64,000 nucleotides of DNA from Balanoglossus misakiensis. Taxonomy: Eukaryota; Animalia; Hemichordata. Below are positions 8,801 through 18,641 of the stretch, piece by piece. The notes beneath the pieces are model-generated. The model was not told where the DNA came from. It ran no database searches and was given only the letters and a program-made list of their open reading frames with translations. Each line of letters begins with the position of its first letter. Position 1 is the stretch's first letter. The translations under genes and the position numbers were made by a program. The stretch covers positions 186,001 to 250,000 of the forward strand of contig JBECUI020000031.1 in assembly GCA_040954595.2 (NCBI GenBank), given 5' to 3'.

Positions 8801-11026
8801 CTATTCCTCGCCACCGGGGGGAGGGAGCTTATCCGATTCAACCAGGGTATCGGAGCTTTCTCCATTACCTGAGAAAGGACCTTCTTCATTTTCTGAAGAG
8901 ATTCTTTCGACTTCCAAGCGGGCCTGCTCTTCTTCGGCCTCTTTGCGTTCCTTAATTCTTGCCAGAATGGCTTGATTCCTGGCCTTCCCAGAGGCTTCGG
9001 CGTGTTCGGAAGGTTTCATATCGGCTTTTTCCCGAGAAATAAGCTCCTCACGTCCGGCAGCATCGGCACGGATAAGCTCCATAAATGTTTCGGTGTCCAT
9101 CGTCTCGGTTTCCATAAGTTTCTTGGTAATGGATTTCAGTAGGGTAAGATGTTTGGTAAGCAGATTCTTGACTTTGCTGTATTCCTTGGCCATTAGTTCA
9201 GCTATTTCTTCGTCTATGTACTGCTGTGTGGTCTCGGCGTAGTCCCGATTCTGCATGACTCGATCACCCTGCAGAAAAGCTGTTCCCTGACGAGAAAGAG
9301 TCATGTTGGGGAACTTCTTACTCATTCCGTAGGTAGCAAACATGCTCCTGGCAATATCGGTGGATTTCATAATGTCGTTGGCGGCTCCAGTAGAAATTTT
9401 CTCGTAGATCAGTTCCTCGGCGGCACGACCGCCAAGAAGCACATCTATATGGCCAATGAGTTCTTCCTGAGTAAGGAGAAAACGATCTTCTGTGGGATTC
9501 TGGAGGGTGTAGCCGAGAGCGCCCAGACCCCGGGGAACAATGGAGACTTTCTGAACAGGATCGGAGTCGGGGGTAAAGGCAGCCACCAAGGCATGTCCTG
9601 TTTCGTGGTAGGCCACAATTTCACGTTCCCTGGGATTAATAAGACGGTTTTTCTTTTCCAGCCCGGCTATGGTTTTTTCAACGGCTTCTTCAAAATCTTC
9701 CATCAAGACTTCTTGGCGGCCTTTACGAACCGCCAGAAGAGCAGCTTCATTGATAATATTGGCCAGGTCGGCACCCACAAAACCCGATGTGTTCTTAGCC
9801 ACCTCTTTTAGGTCAACTTCTTCGGCAATTTTTACATTTTGAATGTGAATCTGTAAAATGGCCTCCCGACCCAGAAGATCAGGTTTATCCACCAGAATAT
9901 GCCGATCAAAACGGCCGGGCCGTAGAAGGGCTGGGTCCAGTATTTCAGGACGGTTGGTAGCAGCCAGAATAATTACCCCCGTAGTGGAATCAAAACCGTC
10001 CATCTCCACTAGGAGTTGGTTCAAAGTCTGTTCTCTCTCGTCATTGGTAACCATGGCCCCAGCTCGGGATTTTCCTATGGCATCTAACTCGTCAATAAAA
10101 ATGATGCAGGGGGCCTTGGCCCTGGCCTGTTTAAAAAGATCTCGAACCCGGGCGGCCCCTACTCCAACGAACATTTCTACGAAATCGGCTCCGGACATTC
10201 GGAAGAAGGGAACACCGGCTTCCCCGGCGACAGCCCTAGCCAGAAGAGTTTTTCCTGTTCCCGGGGGTCCAACCAGAAGGGCGCCTTTAGGAATTTTACC
10301 CCCGATTTGAACGTATTTGGCTGGAGCCTTGAGAAAATCGACAATCTCAACCAGCTCGTCTTTGGACTCATCACAGCCCGCTACATTTCTGAATCGGGTT
10401 TCCAGATCCTCTTCCACCAGAATCTTGGCATTATTCTGACCAAAACCCATCACGTTAGAGCCGCCAAGACCTCCCATGCGACGCATAATGAAGCGCCAGA
10501 TAATCATCAAGAAAAGGAAAGGAACTACCCAGCTTAGCAGGAGTTCCAGGTAGTTGGTCCGCCGGACCTCGGCATAGAAGGTGACTCCCATGCTTTCCAG
10601 AAGGGGGATGAACTCGCTGTCGGCAACGGGAACGGTTCTCCAGCTCATTCCCAGATTATTATTTCCGCTAGAAAAGCGCTGAGCGAAGGAATTGGCGTTG
10701 GGCACAAGGTCAGTTTCCGGCTTGAAGGCATAGCCAATGTAGGCGTTTTCCATTATCCTGACTTGCTGTATTTCCCCTGAGACAATTTTAGCTTTGAAAT
10801 CGCTATAAGTAATTGCGGTTTCTCCACCCCGCTGAAAGATGGTGTTCAGTATGGCCAGGATTACAATGGCCAAAAAAAAGTACCACAAAGAAAAACGGAA
10901 GGACCCATGCTTTTGAGTCTTTGGCGACTTATGAGAATTACCATTGCCCCTTCCCGGACCTTCCTGATCTCCTCTTTTAAGAAAGTCTTTCCAATTGTCT
11001 TTGTCCGAAGCTTTGTTACTACTCAT
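8801..11026 (-). CDS. ftsH: ATP-dependent zinc metalloprotease FtsH
   Basis: 2 TM, Walker [33 protein letters not shown] zinc motif. Confidence 0.97.
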   Translation of the reverse strand: MSSNKASDKDNWKDFLKRGDQEGPGRGNGNSHKSPKTQKHGSFRFSLWYFFLAIVILAILNTIFQRGGETAITYSDFKAKIVSGEIQQVRIMENAYIGYAFKPETDLVPNANSFAQRFSSGNNNLGMSWRTVPVADSEFIPLLESMGVTFYAEVRRTNYLELLLSWVVPFLFLMIIWRFIMRRMGGLGGSNVMGFGQNNAKILVEEDLETRFRNVAGCDESKDELVEIVDFLKAPAKYVQIGGKIPKGALLVGPPGTGKTLLARAVAGEAGVPFFRMSGADFVEMFVGVGAARVRDLFKQARAKAPCIIFIDELDAIGKSRAGAMVTNDEREQTLNQLLVEMDGFDSTTGVIILAATNRPEILDPALLRPGRFDRHILVDKPDLLGREAILQIHIQNVKIAEEVDLKEVAKNTSGFVGADLANIINEAALLAVRKGRQEVLMEDFEEAVEKTIAGLEKKNRLINPREREIVAYHETGHALVAAFTPDSDPVQKVSIVPRGLGALGYTLQNPTEDRFLLTQEELIGHIDVLLGGRAAEELIYEKISTGAANDIMKSTDIARSMFATYGMSKKFPNMTLSRQGTAFLQGDRVMQNRDYAETTQQYIDEEIAELMAKEYSKVKNLLTKHLTLLKSITKKLMETETMDTETFMELIRADAAGREELISREKADMKPSEHAEASGKARNQAILARIKERKEAEEEQARLEVERISSENEEGPFSGNGESSDTLVESDKLPPPGGEE

Positions 11027-11140
11027 ATGGACCTCTTTAGACTTAAAAGATAAAGATCAATGGGAGGAAAGGAAAGTAAAGCCCTGAAAGAACCGCACAC
11101 TATGGACAAATTGTAAGGAAATGTATAGCCTTTATGCCTA

Positions 11141-11677
11141 ATGGAATTTGACCGTATTACCACCCGTGGTGGAGACCATGGAGAAACCAGTATAGCCGAT
11201 GGTTCCCGAAGACCCAAGGACGATTTGCTGATTGAAGCTCTGGGAGAGGTAGATGAACTCCATGCCGCCCTGGGGATGCTTCGCAGCTTCCTGAAAAATG
11301 ATGCTATGGTTAAAACTGTCATCATTATCGAAAAGTCTCTTATTCGTCTAGGAGGAGAACTGTCAGTCCCCCCCACGGATCCCCGCTACTCCAAACTTGA
11401 TCGAATAACAGATAAAGATATTGGACTCTTGGAGAAGAATCAAGCTTCGCTTATGAAAGCCGTTACCCTGCCTCCTCTTTTTGTCACCTATGGATCCAGC
11501 GAGGGGGGAGCCAGAGCCGACTTGGCCCGGGCAATCTGTCGCCGCACCGAAAGGTGCCTGGTCTCTCTAATCCGTTCCCGAGGCATACGGGAGCTAGCTG
11601 CGGCACAGCGGTGGATTAACCGTTTATCCGATTGGCTCTTTGTTTTAGCCCGCTTCCTGGACGGACAGGAAGCCTGA
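11141..11677 (+). CDS. pduO: Cob(I)alamin adenosyltransferase, PduO type
   Basis: ITTRGGDHGETS, GEVDEL, RAICRRTER, INRLSDWLFVLAR. Confidence 0.9.
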   Translation: MEFDRITTRGGDHGETSIADGSRRPKDDLLIEALGEVDELHAALGMLRSFLKNDAMVKTVIIIEKSLIRLGGELSVPPTDPRYSKLDRITDKDIGLLEKNQASLMKAVTLPPLFVTYGSSEGGARADLARAICRRTERCLVSLIRSRGIRELAAAQRWINRLSDWLFVLARFLDGQEA

Positions 11678-11724
11678 AGAAGCTTCTCAAACAGGTTCAA
11701 TCTCCGCCGTCCTCACAACAGGAA

Positions 11725-12735
11725 TCAATCCATTCCGACAAGCTTATGGATTTCCCGCTGTCGCTTCTGTGCCTTCTTACGAATTTTAGCGTTCATCAGA
11801 TTTTCGGCTAGTTTTAGGGGTTTTTTGATGCGCTGTTCGGGGAAGCCTCGGTAACTCGCTGGGAAATCATCCTTGTCAATAAAATGCTCCAGAGGACTCA
11901 CCGTCATGGGCTGCAATCCTGTGACCACATAGGCATCGCTAAAGAGACTGAGTTCCCGGGAACCGTGAGGTTCCGGCCAGTGAGAAAAAGGCTCTTCATC
12001 GGCCCTGAATCCGTAGGCTCTGTCTCTTAAGTCTCTAAGAGAGTTGATCTCTTCAATAAGCCCCCCCCAGGGAAGAACCAGTTTCCCTCTGTCATTCTGA
12101 AGAGGAGCATGGATAAAAATGCGAGCAAATGACGGGCCGTCTCTTTCTCCAGGTGTTGTTATGTCCCAGTCTTGAAGCACCCACAGAATCCCAGGACCTC
12201 CCTGAGAAGAGGCTATAGGTATTACCTGAGGATCCGGTTTCAGCTTGTCCGCCAGCGCTAACAGTCGAAAAGCTTCGGCTCCTTCGTCCCTTCCAGCATT
12301 GAAATTGCGGACGTATTCCAAAAAGTCCCGGTATTCCCGATATCCAAAGGCAGGATTGTTCGAGAACAGCAACTCCTCGGCACCTTCCAGATCAGTCTCG
12401 GGACCTTCTATGTACCGATCCAGATCTTCTTGCATTTTGGAAGAAATAAACCAAACCCCTAAAGAGGCGTAGCCGGCATCGGCAAGAATAGGAATCAGGT
12501 ATTGGACCAATTGAACTGGTTCAACACTCAAGGGGCTGGCCTGAATGAGAATTATCGGCCGACTCTCTTCAAGATAGCTCAGAACAAGGTTGGCAGGAGT
12601 TTGTCGGCTCTTATCCAACCATTGGTCTAGCTCTCCGCTTTCCGGTACGGGAAAATTCTCTCCACTCCAGCAAGCTTCCAGAATCAAGACAAGACTAAAA
12701 AGCACCATGAGGAAGGGTGGGTTAATTCTCTTCAT
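11725..12735 (-). CDS. Hypothetical exported protein/lipoprotein, distant EreA/ChaN-like fold
   Basis: Signal peptide with Cys; LIPILADAGY..FGYREYRDFLEYVRNFN..FRLLAL pattern; start uncertain. Confidence 0.55.
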   Translation of the reverse strand: MKRINPPFLMVLFSLVLILEACWSGENFPVPESGELDQWLDKSRQTPANLVLSYLEESRPIILIQASPLSVEPVQLVQYLIPILADAGYASLGVWFISSKMQEDLDRYIEGPETDLEGAEELLFSNNPAFGYREYRDFLEYVRNFNAGRDEGAEAFRLLALADKLKPDPQVIPIASSQGGPGILWVLQDWDITTPGERDGPSFARIFIHAPLQNDRGKLVLPWGGLIEEINSLRDLRDRAYGFRADEEPFSHWPEPHGSRELSLFSDAYVVTGLQPMTVSPLEHFIDKDDFPASYRGFPEQRIKKPLKLAENLMNAKIRKKAQKRQREIHKLVGMD

Positions 12736-13135
12736 CGACCGTCTCAAAAATGCCTTTAGTTGTGAGGACTTCGGTTAGCTTGTCCATATCTTTGCTGTTA
12801 ATTTTAAGCACAACAGGTTGATGCCCCAAGGAATGCAGAGAAAGCTTGGTTTTAGAAAGTTTCCGATAGCCCAGTATTTCACTGTAGGGGTGAATTTCCC
12901 ATTGATGACGATAATGCAGGTTCAAACGCAGGTCATTATCTTCTGCCCGAAGCAGGGGCTGTTGGTTCCCATAGACAATAAGAGAAACTATTAAGAGAAA
13001 ACCCATGAAATAGATTGACAGATCCAGGGGAGTAGGTTGGATCATCAAGGGCCTTAAGGTTGGTAGAAAGGGGAGAAGAAATAGATAATGAATCGCCCTG
13101 ACAGTGCGGTGCTTCTTTAAGACCAATAGGGCCAT
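12722..13135 (-). CDS. Hypothetical membrane protein (2 TM plus soluble domain)
   Basis: GGAG RBS, two N-terminal hydrophobic helices, operon position. Confidence 0.65.
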   Translation of the reverse strand: MALLVLKKHRTVRAIHYLFLLPFLPTLRPLMIQPTPLDLSIYFMGFLLIVSLIVYGNQQPLLRAEDNDLRLNLHYRHQWEIHPYSEILGYRKLSKTKLSLHSLGHQPVVLKINSKDMDKLTEVLTTKGIFETVDEEN

Positions 13136-13151
13136 AGCCTGCTCCTGAGGC

Positions 13152-14090
13152 TTAGTTCCATTGAACTACCTTGTTCCCGCCCTCTTCCCGGGACTGGAGG
13201 ATGGCCTTCCTTACGGCTAGGGAAAGATCATCCGAGAAGATTTCACCATCGTCCCAGCCAGCAACTCCAAAGCTTATGGCAACGTCTACCTCCGTTATTT
13301 TAGAGACCCTGCTCTGAATGCTGTTATGCATTTTTTGAGCTACCCGATAGGCCGCTTCTTTTGGAGTTTCCGGCAGAAGTATTGCTATTTCTTCCTCGTT
13401 GTAGCGTGCTATGATGTCACTGCTTCGACAGGTAGTTCTCAGGATTCTGGCCGCCGTAATGAGTAACTCGTCACTCTTTTGCTGGCCATAATGCTCACGA
13501 AAATCCTTAAATTTATCAAAACCAATGAGAATAAGGGCTATATCACGCTTGTAGCGAAGGCTGCGCGTGGTCTCTTCTTTGAGTTTCATATCAAGGAATT
13601 CGCGGTTATAGAGCTCGGTCATTGAATCTTCAAAAATATCTTCTTTTCGAAATTTCCGCCTCTTATCGTAAAAGTCTTTGATCTTTTTGATACGAGAAGC
13701 CACTTCTATCAGGTTTTCTTCATCTTTTCTTATCAGACAGGCCAGTTCAATGATATCCGACTCAAAAGTAGAAATATCTGCGAGATTGGGGCTCTTACTT
13801 ACCTGAAGGTTTATTGTACGGTATTCAAGCGTATTAGAGACTATTTCAATTTGATCTTTATTGTTGAGGAACTTCCTGTTTACCTTGTTCCCATTGACTA
13901 AAACTGTTCCCCCCCCTTTAGGATCCATAAGGAAGAATCCTCCATTCTCCCACTTGACCAGAGCATGAAAAGAAGAACTCTGCCATTCCTTCACAGTCAA
14001 ATTCTTCTTTTTATCAAAATCTATGAAATATTCCTTGTCCTTTAATAATTCTTGTTCTTCATCAGAATACAAAAGATAATGCTTTTCCAT
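13152..14090 (-). CDS. FHA-like domain plus degenerate GGDEF domain protein
   Basis: DSMTELYNR, GFDKFK..YGQQKSDELL, RSSDIIARYNEEEIAILLPET, VAISFGVA; N-terminal FHALV..LMDP...VLVNG..L..KDQIEI. Confidence 0.85.
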   Translation of the reverse strand: MEKHYLLYSDEEQELLKDKEYFIDFDKKKNLTVKEWQSSSFHALVKWENGGFFLMDPKGGGTVLVNGNKVNRKFLNNKDQIEIVSNTLEYRTINLQVSKSPNLADISTFESDIIELACLIRKDEENLIEVASRIKKIKDFYDKRRKFRKEDIFEDSMTELYNREFLDMKLKEETTRSLRYKRDIALILIGFDKFKDFREHYGQQKSDELLITAARILRTTCRSSDIIARYNEEEIAILLPETPKEAAYRVAQKMHNSIQSRVSKITEVDVAISFGVAGWDDGEIFSDDLSLAVRKAILQSREEGGNKVVQWN

Positions 14091-14165
14091 TAATTCCCTA
14101 TAGAAACCATAAGACTTAAACGAAAAAAAAACAATAACGTTTGTCTTCTTCTCTTGTTCTTCCGG

Positions 14166-15281
14166 CTAAAGTTGATCAGGGTTGAGGTTTTGCAATTCAG
14201 GAAGGACAAAAAGGCCATCTTTCCGAACAAGTACATCATCAAACCAAATCTCCCCCCCTCCCGAAGCAGCATCTTGTAAAAGGACCAGATCCCAGTGAAG
14301 CGAAGAATCATTCCCATTGCAGGCTTCGGGATAGCACTGCCCGGGGGTCAAATGAAGACTGCCCCGAATCTTTTCGTCAAAAAGAGTGTTGCTCATTACT
14401 TGCTCTATGTGAGGATTTAAACCCAGGGCAAATTCTCCTACATAGCGGGAACCTTCGTCCATGTCGAGTACTTCGTTGATGCGGCAGGTATCATTGGCGC
14501 TTGCCTGGACAATACGTCCTTTCCTGAAATGAAACTTGATGTCTGAATAAGCAAAGCCATCCAGGATGGAAGTGCTGTTGAAACTGATAGAGCCTTCAAG
14601 GGAATCCCGAACAGGAGCTGTGAATATTTCACCATCAGGAAGATTTCTCTCTCCGGTACAGGGAACCGAAGGGATGCCGGTTATAAGAAAACTAAGATCG
14701 GTTCCAGGCCCAATAATGCGGACTTTCTCGGTTTTATCCATCAGTTCCTTCAAGGGTTCCATGGCCCGGGCCATTTTCTGGTAATCCAGAGTACAGACCC
14801 TATAATAGAATTCATCAAAAGCTTCCCGGCTCATTCCGGCAGATTGAGCCATGGCATCAGTGGGGAAACGTAGGACCACCCAACGGGTGTGGGGAACCCT
14901 GACAAACATGTGCACAGGTTTTACATAACGTTCTTGATAGAGTTTTATTTGACTTGAAGGAACATCCGATAATTCCACGGCGTTCTTGGGGGCACTAATG
15001 CCCACATAGGCATCCATGCCCTTCATCAAATCACTATCGGTCTTGGCTAAAAGATCCACAACTTCGGGAACGGTCTGGAGGAGCCAGGTTCGTCTGAGTC
15101 TGGTGCTGTCCATACGGTAAAGGGGTTGGGCCTTCTTAGCTACGGCAGCTTGGATAATCGCTTCCACAAGGCTTTCAGTACAAGATTCCACTCCTTGAAT
15201 AAAAACCTTTTCTCCTTCTTTTAGAGCCAGGGAATAGTTCACGATGACATCGGCCAGTTTCTGAATTTCAGGATAAATCAT
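14166..15281 (-). CDS. Aminopeptidase, peptidase M29 (AmpS/aminopeptidase II family)
   Basis: NLPDGEIFTAP, GEFALGLN, LFDEKIRGSLHLTPG, SSLHWDLV. Confidence 0.93.
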   Translation of the reverse strand: MIYPEIQKLADVIVNYSLALKEGEKVFIQGVESCTESLVEAIIQAAVAKKAQPLYRMDSTRLRRTWLLQTVPEVVDLLAKTDSDLMKGMDAYVGISAPKNAVELSDVPSSQIKLYQERYVKPVHMFVRVPHTRWVVLRFPTDAMAQSAGMSREAFDEFYYRVCTLDYQKMARAMEPLKELMDKTEKVRIIGPGTDLSFLITGIPSVPCTGERNLPDGEIFTAPVRDSLEGSISFNSTSILDGFAYSDIKFHFRKGRIVQASANDTCRINEVLDMDEGSRYVGEFALGLNPHIEQVMSNTLFDEKIRGSLHLTPGQCYPEACNGNDSSLHWDLVLLQDAASGGGEIWFDDVLVRKDGLFVLPELQNLNPDQL

Positions 15282-15289
15282 GAACTATC

Positions 15290-16660
15290 CTAGCTCTTTT
15301 TTCCAGGAAGAGTCCAGTCCACGGGGAATTTCAATTTTGCGACCTCAGCAGCCATGTAGAAGGAACCGGTTACCAGGAGTCCCTTGCTGTTGCCGGCCTG
15401 TTTCAGGGCCAGCTCCCAGGCTTTATGGGGTGTTGGTTCCAGCAGAACATTCCGATGAAGTCCTTCAAAAGTCTGGGCCACCTGAGCAGGATTGCTCGAT
15501 TTAAAAAATCCTGGAGTGGAGACAACTACCAACTGAAAATAAGGAACCAAAAGCTGAGCCATTTCTCTGTAGTTCTTTCCCAAAACCGCCCCAAAAAGAA
15601 GGATGTTCTCCGCTGGGGCCAGGGAAAGAAAGGTCTCCACAAGATAGCGGATGGAATGGGGGGTGTGGGCTCCATCTATCATAATAGGGGGGCTTCGCCT
15701 GAGAAGCTGGGTACGCCCCGGTAAAACCACCTTGGAAAGGCAGCCATTCAGGGGAGGGTTTGTTGCCTTGTTCTTAAAGAAACCTCTGACCGTCAACAGG
15801 GCCAGGGCGGCATTTTTTGCCTGCATGCTCCCAGGCATGGCTAAGGTGATTTCTTCGGGACTCCTGTTCCGCCATTGTAGTCGCCATCGAAGCCCAGGAA
15901 TTTGATCCCCGATAGGAGAAAGGGGCTCACAGGCCTCAAGTTCCTGAGAAAGGGGGGTAAAAGGTAGATCTTTCTCCTGACAGCTTGCCGTGAGAAAATC
16001 CTGAACTTCGGATTCCTGATCGCCGGAATAGACAGACATACCGAGCTTGAGAATTCCCGCTTTTTCCCGGGCAATATCCAGAAGTCTGTCGCCTAAAATC
16101 TCTGTGTGTTCCAATTCCATGGAGGTAAGGATCCCCACTTGGGGACGGACAATGTTGGTAGCGTCCAGCCGTCCTCCCAGACCAACCTCAATAAGAGCAA
16201 TGTCTCGATGGGATCTTTGAAATAAAAGAAAGGCCACAAGGGTAAAAATCTCAAAGGTAGTGGCCTCCTTTATCATGGATAAGCTAGCTCTTGTTATGGT
16301 CTCTTCTACCTCTCTGATAAGCAAAAGGAGCATTTCCTCAGGCAAGGGTTCCCCCCAGAGACAGAAGCGCTCCCGATAGTCTATTAAATGCGGAGAAGCA
16401 TACACTCCCACTTTTAAACCTGCCGCCGAGCAAAGGGCAGCGGTGTAGGCCGCGGTGGAACCCTTACCTTTGGAACCGGCAACGTGGATTATTTGGTAAG
16501 ATTCCTGGGGGTTGCCAAACAGTTCTGCCAGAGCCTGCATGCGATCCAGGCGATACAGCCTGTTCAGATTCTTCAAAGGAAGGTTTCGTTCCAGATTGCT
16601 TCGCTTCTCGATTCTGATAAATGCCTGATTGAGTTCGTCTGAAATTTTTTTCTGACTCAT
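15290..16660 (-). CDS. folC: Folylpolyglutamate synthase/dihydrofolate synthase
   Basis: IHVAGSKGKGST, SPHLIDYRERF, EVGLGGRLDATN, IDGAHT, TGSFY. Confidence 0.95.
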   Translation of the reverse strand: MSQKKISDELNQAFIRIEKRSNLERNLPLKNLNRLYRLDRMQALAELFGNPQESYQIIHVAGSKGKGSTAAYTAALCSAAGLKVGVYASPHLIDYRERFCLWGEPLPEEMLLLLIREVEETITRASLSMIKEATTFEIFTLVAFLLFQRSHRDIALIEVGLGGRLDATNIVRPQVGILTSMELEHTEILGDRLLDIAREKAGILKLGMSVYSGDQESEVQDFLTASCQEKDLPFTPLSQELEACEPLSPIGDQIPGLRWRLQWRNRSPEEITLAMPGSMQAKNAALALLTVRGFFKNKATNPPLNGCLSKVVLPGRTQLLRRSPPIMIDGAHTPHSIRYLVETFLSLAPAENILLFGAVLGKNYREMAQLLVPYFQLVVVSTPGFFKSSNPAQVAQTFEGLHRNVLLEPTPHKAWELALKQAGNSKGLLVTGSFYMAAEVAKLKFPVDWTLPGKKS

Positions 16661-17946
16661 CGGTCGCTGAGAGCCCGTTTATGAGCAGGGAAACCTTCAT
16701 AATCTGCCAATACTGTAGCTGAATCCCGCAGGTCTTCAAATCCCTGGACTGTCAGATAGGCTAATCCAGAACATTTTATAAAATCCCGCACCGAAAGCCC
16801 TGACCAGGTTCTGGCCCACCCTCCCGTTGGAAGAATAGCATTGACTCCCACAGCGTAGTTAGCTGCTGAGAAGGGAACGTTTTCACCCAGAAGAATTTCT
16901 CCAGCATGATCAATTTTACCTAAAGAGACAAAGGGCTCGACCACCCGCAGTTGGAGATGTTCAGGAGCATAAAGGTTTATAAGTTCTATTCCCTCTTCCA
17001 AGGAGTCTACCAGAAAGATCCCTCCGTAAGAGGAGAGAACCTTGCTGACAATGCTCCGACGGGGTTCAGGAAGGGTAGGGATCAATTCTTCCAAATGATT
17101 CTTGACAGCCCTGCCAAGCCTCTCCGAAGGAGTGATCAACAAGGCCGCCGAATCCGAACCATGCTCGGCCTCTACCATAAGGTCCAAAGCCACAGTCCTG
17201 GGATCGGGACTCTCATCGGCCAAGATGATCGACTCAGAGGGCCCTGCCGGAATACCGCAGTCCAGAACTCCTCCCAAAAGCCGTTTGGCGGCAGCGACAT
17301 AACGACTCCCCGGCCCCAAGGCTTTGACTACGGGCTGCACCGTTGCGGTGCCGTAGGCAAAGGCCGCCCAGGCCTGGGCTCCTCCCATGGCGTAAACCCT
17401 GCTCACCCCACATAAACGCGCAGTCACCAAACAAGCCGGGTCCACTCGTCCATCCGGTCCGGGGGGGGTGGCAACGCAAATGTGAGGAACCCCGGCCATG
17501 ACAGCCGGCACTGCCAGCATGTAGAGCATGGAAGGAAAGTATCCCCGGCCCTTGGGAACGTAGAGGCCCACCGAGGGAAGAGGAGTGAATCGTTCTCCTG
17601 CCATAATGCCTGGTCGAATTTCCTTCCACCGCGTTTCCATGGAAACCTGCCCCTCATGGTGGGCCTTGACATTAGCAACCACATATTTCAAAGCCTTGAC
17701 AACTTGGGGGTCCAGGTCTTTCTCCGCTTCATCAAAATGATGCTCTGGAACGTGAAGTTCCATGTCTGCCGGGGCACCCTCGAATCGGCTGTTTAGTTCT
17801 CTTAGGGCCTTGTCTCCATCCTGGCGAACCTGGGCAATTATCTTTTTTACATTGGCTTCCACAGCGCTTATGTCGTTTTCAGAGCGAGAAAGAAAACGTT
17901 TTTGAGCTTGTGCATCCAGATCGGTCCAACGGCAATAGTTAATCAT
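16657..17946 (-). CDS. hisD: Histidinol dehydrogenase family protein (divergent HisD paralogue)
   Basis: GLYVPKG, GGAQA, GPGS.YVAAAK, PAGPSE, AEH, APEHL, LPTGG; start placed at MINYCRW; ATGA overlap with folC. Confidence 0.85.
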   Translation of the reverse strand: MINYCRWTDLDAQAQKRFLSRSENDISAVEANVKKIIAQVRQDGDKALRELNSRFEGAPADMELHVPEHHFDEAEKDLDPQVVKALKYVVANVKAHHEGQVSMETRWKEIRPGIMAGERFTPLPSVGLYVPKGRGYFPSMLYMLAVPAVMAGVPHICVATPPGPDGRVDPACLVTARLCGVSRVYAMGGAQAWAAFAYGTATVQPVVKALGPGSRYVAAAKRLLGGVLDCGIPAGPSESIILADESPDPRTVALDLMVEAEHGSDSAALLITPSERLGRAVKNHLEELIPTLPEPRRSIVSKVLSSYGGIFLVDSLEEGIELINLYAPEHLQLRVVEPFVSLGKIDHAGEILLGENVPFSAANYAVGVNAILPTGGWARTWSGLSVRDFIKCSGLAYLTVQGFEDLRDSATVLADYEGFPAHKRALSDR

Positions 17947-17992
17947 GTGAAAAGCATCATAAAGAGGAAGAAACCCTTCTGGCAAGCCCCTA

Positions 17993-18535
17993 TTACCAAA
18001 GGGCCTTCGGCTTATTGCCAGGGTGGGAAAGGGGGGCATTATCCAATACCGTGTTTTCCGTAGCGGAGTTTAGCGCATCCTTTGGTTGGAGTTCTTCAAT
18101 CGCTTGGATAAACTGTGTGACATCTTCAAACTTCCTGTAGACCGAAGCAAACCTTATGTAGGCTACCTTGTCTAAATCAAAAAGTTTTTTCAAAACCAGT
18201 TCGCCCAAGGTTTCACTTCGGATTTCGTGGGTGGAGCGGCTCAACAGGGCCGCTTCATCTTCAATGGCATGGAGACATTTATCCATCTGTTCCGAACTAA
18301 TGCGGCGTTTCTCAAGGGCTCGTTTAATTCCCCTGTTTAATTTTTCCTTATCAAAGCACTCTCGCCTTCCAGAATTTTTTATTATTGTAAGAAGAGGGGT
18401 ATCTATATGCTCATAAGAGGTAAAGCGGTATTGACACTTCAAACATTCACGCCTCCGGCGTATGCTTATCCCGCTCTGATTTTGACGGGTCTCCACTACT
18501 TTATCATTTCCATGACCACAAAGAGGACATTTCAT
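17993..18535 (-). CDS. nrdR: Transcriptional repressor NrdR
   Basis: MKCPLC, IRRRRECLKC..RFTSYE, ATP cone, VAYIRFASVY; AGGAG RBS. Confidence 0.97.
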   Translation of the reverse strand: MKCPLCGHGNDKVVETRQNQSGISIRRRRECLKCQYRFTSYEHIDTPLLTIIKNSGRRECFDKEKLNRGIKRALEKRRISSEQMDKCLHAIEDEAALLSRSTHEIRSETLGELVLKKLFDLDKVAYIRFASVYRKFEDVTQFIQAIEELQPKDALNSATENTVLDNAPLSHPGNKPKALW

Positions 18536-18641
18536 TCTGTGCTTAGTCTCCTTTAACTTCAGCTTGCCCCAACAAACTTCGATTAACACAAAATTCTAAC
18601 AGAATTCGCCTAGAAATATCCAGGATAACAATGGGAGAAGG

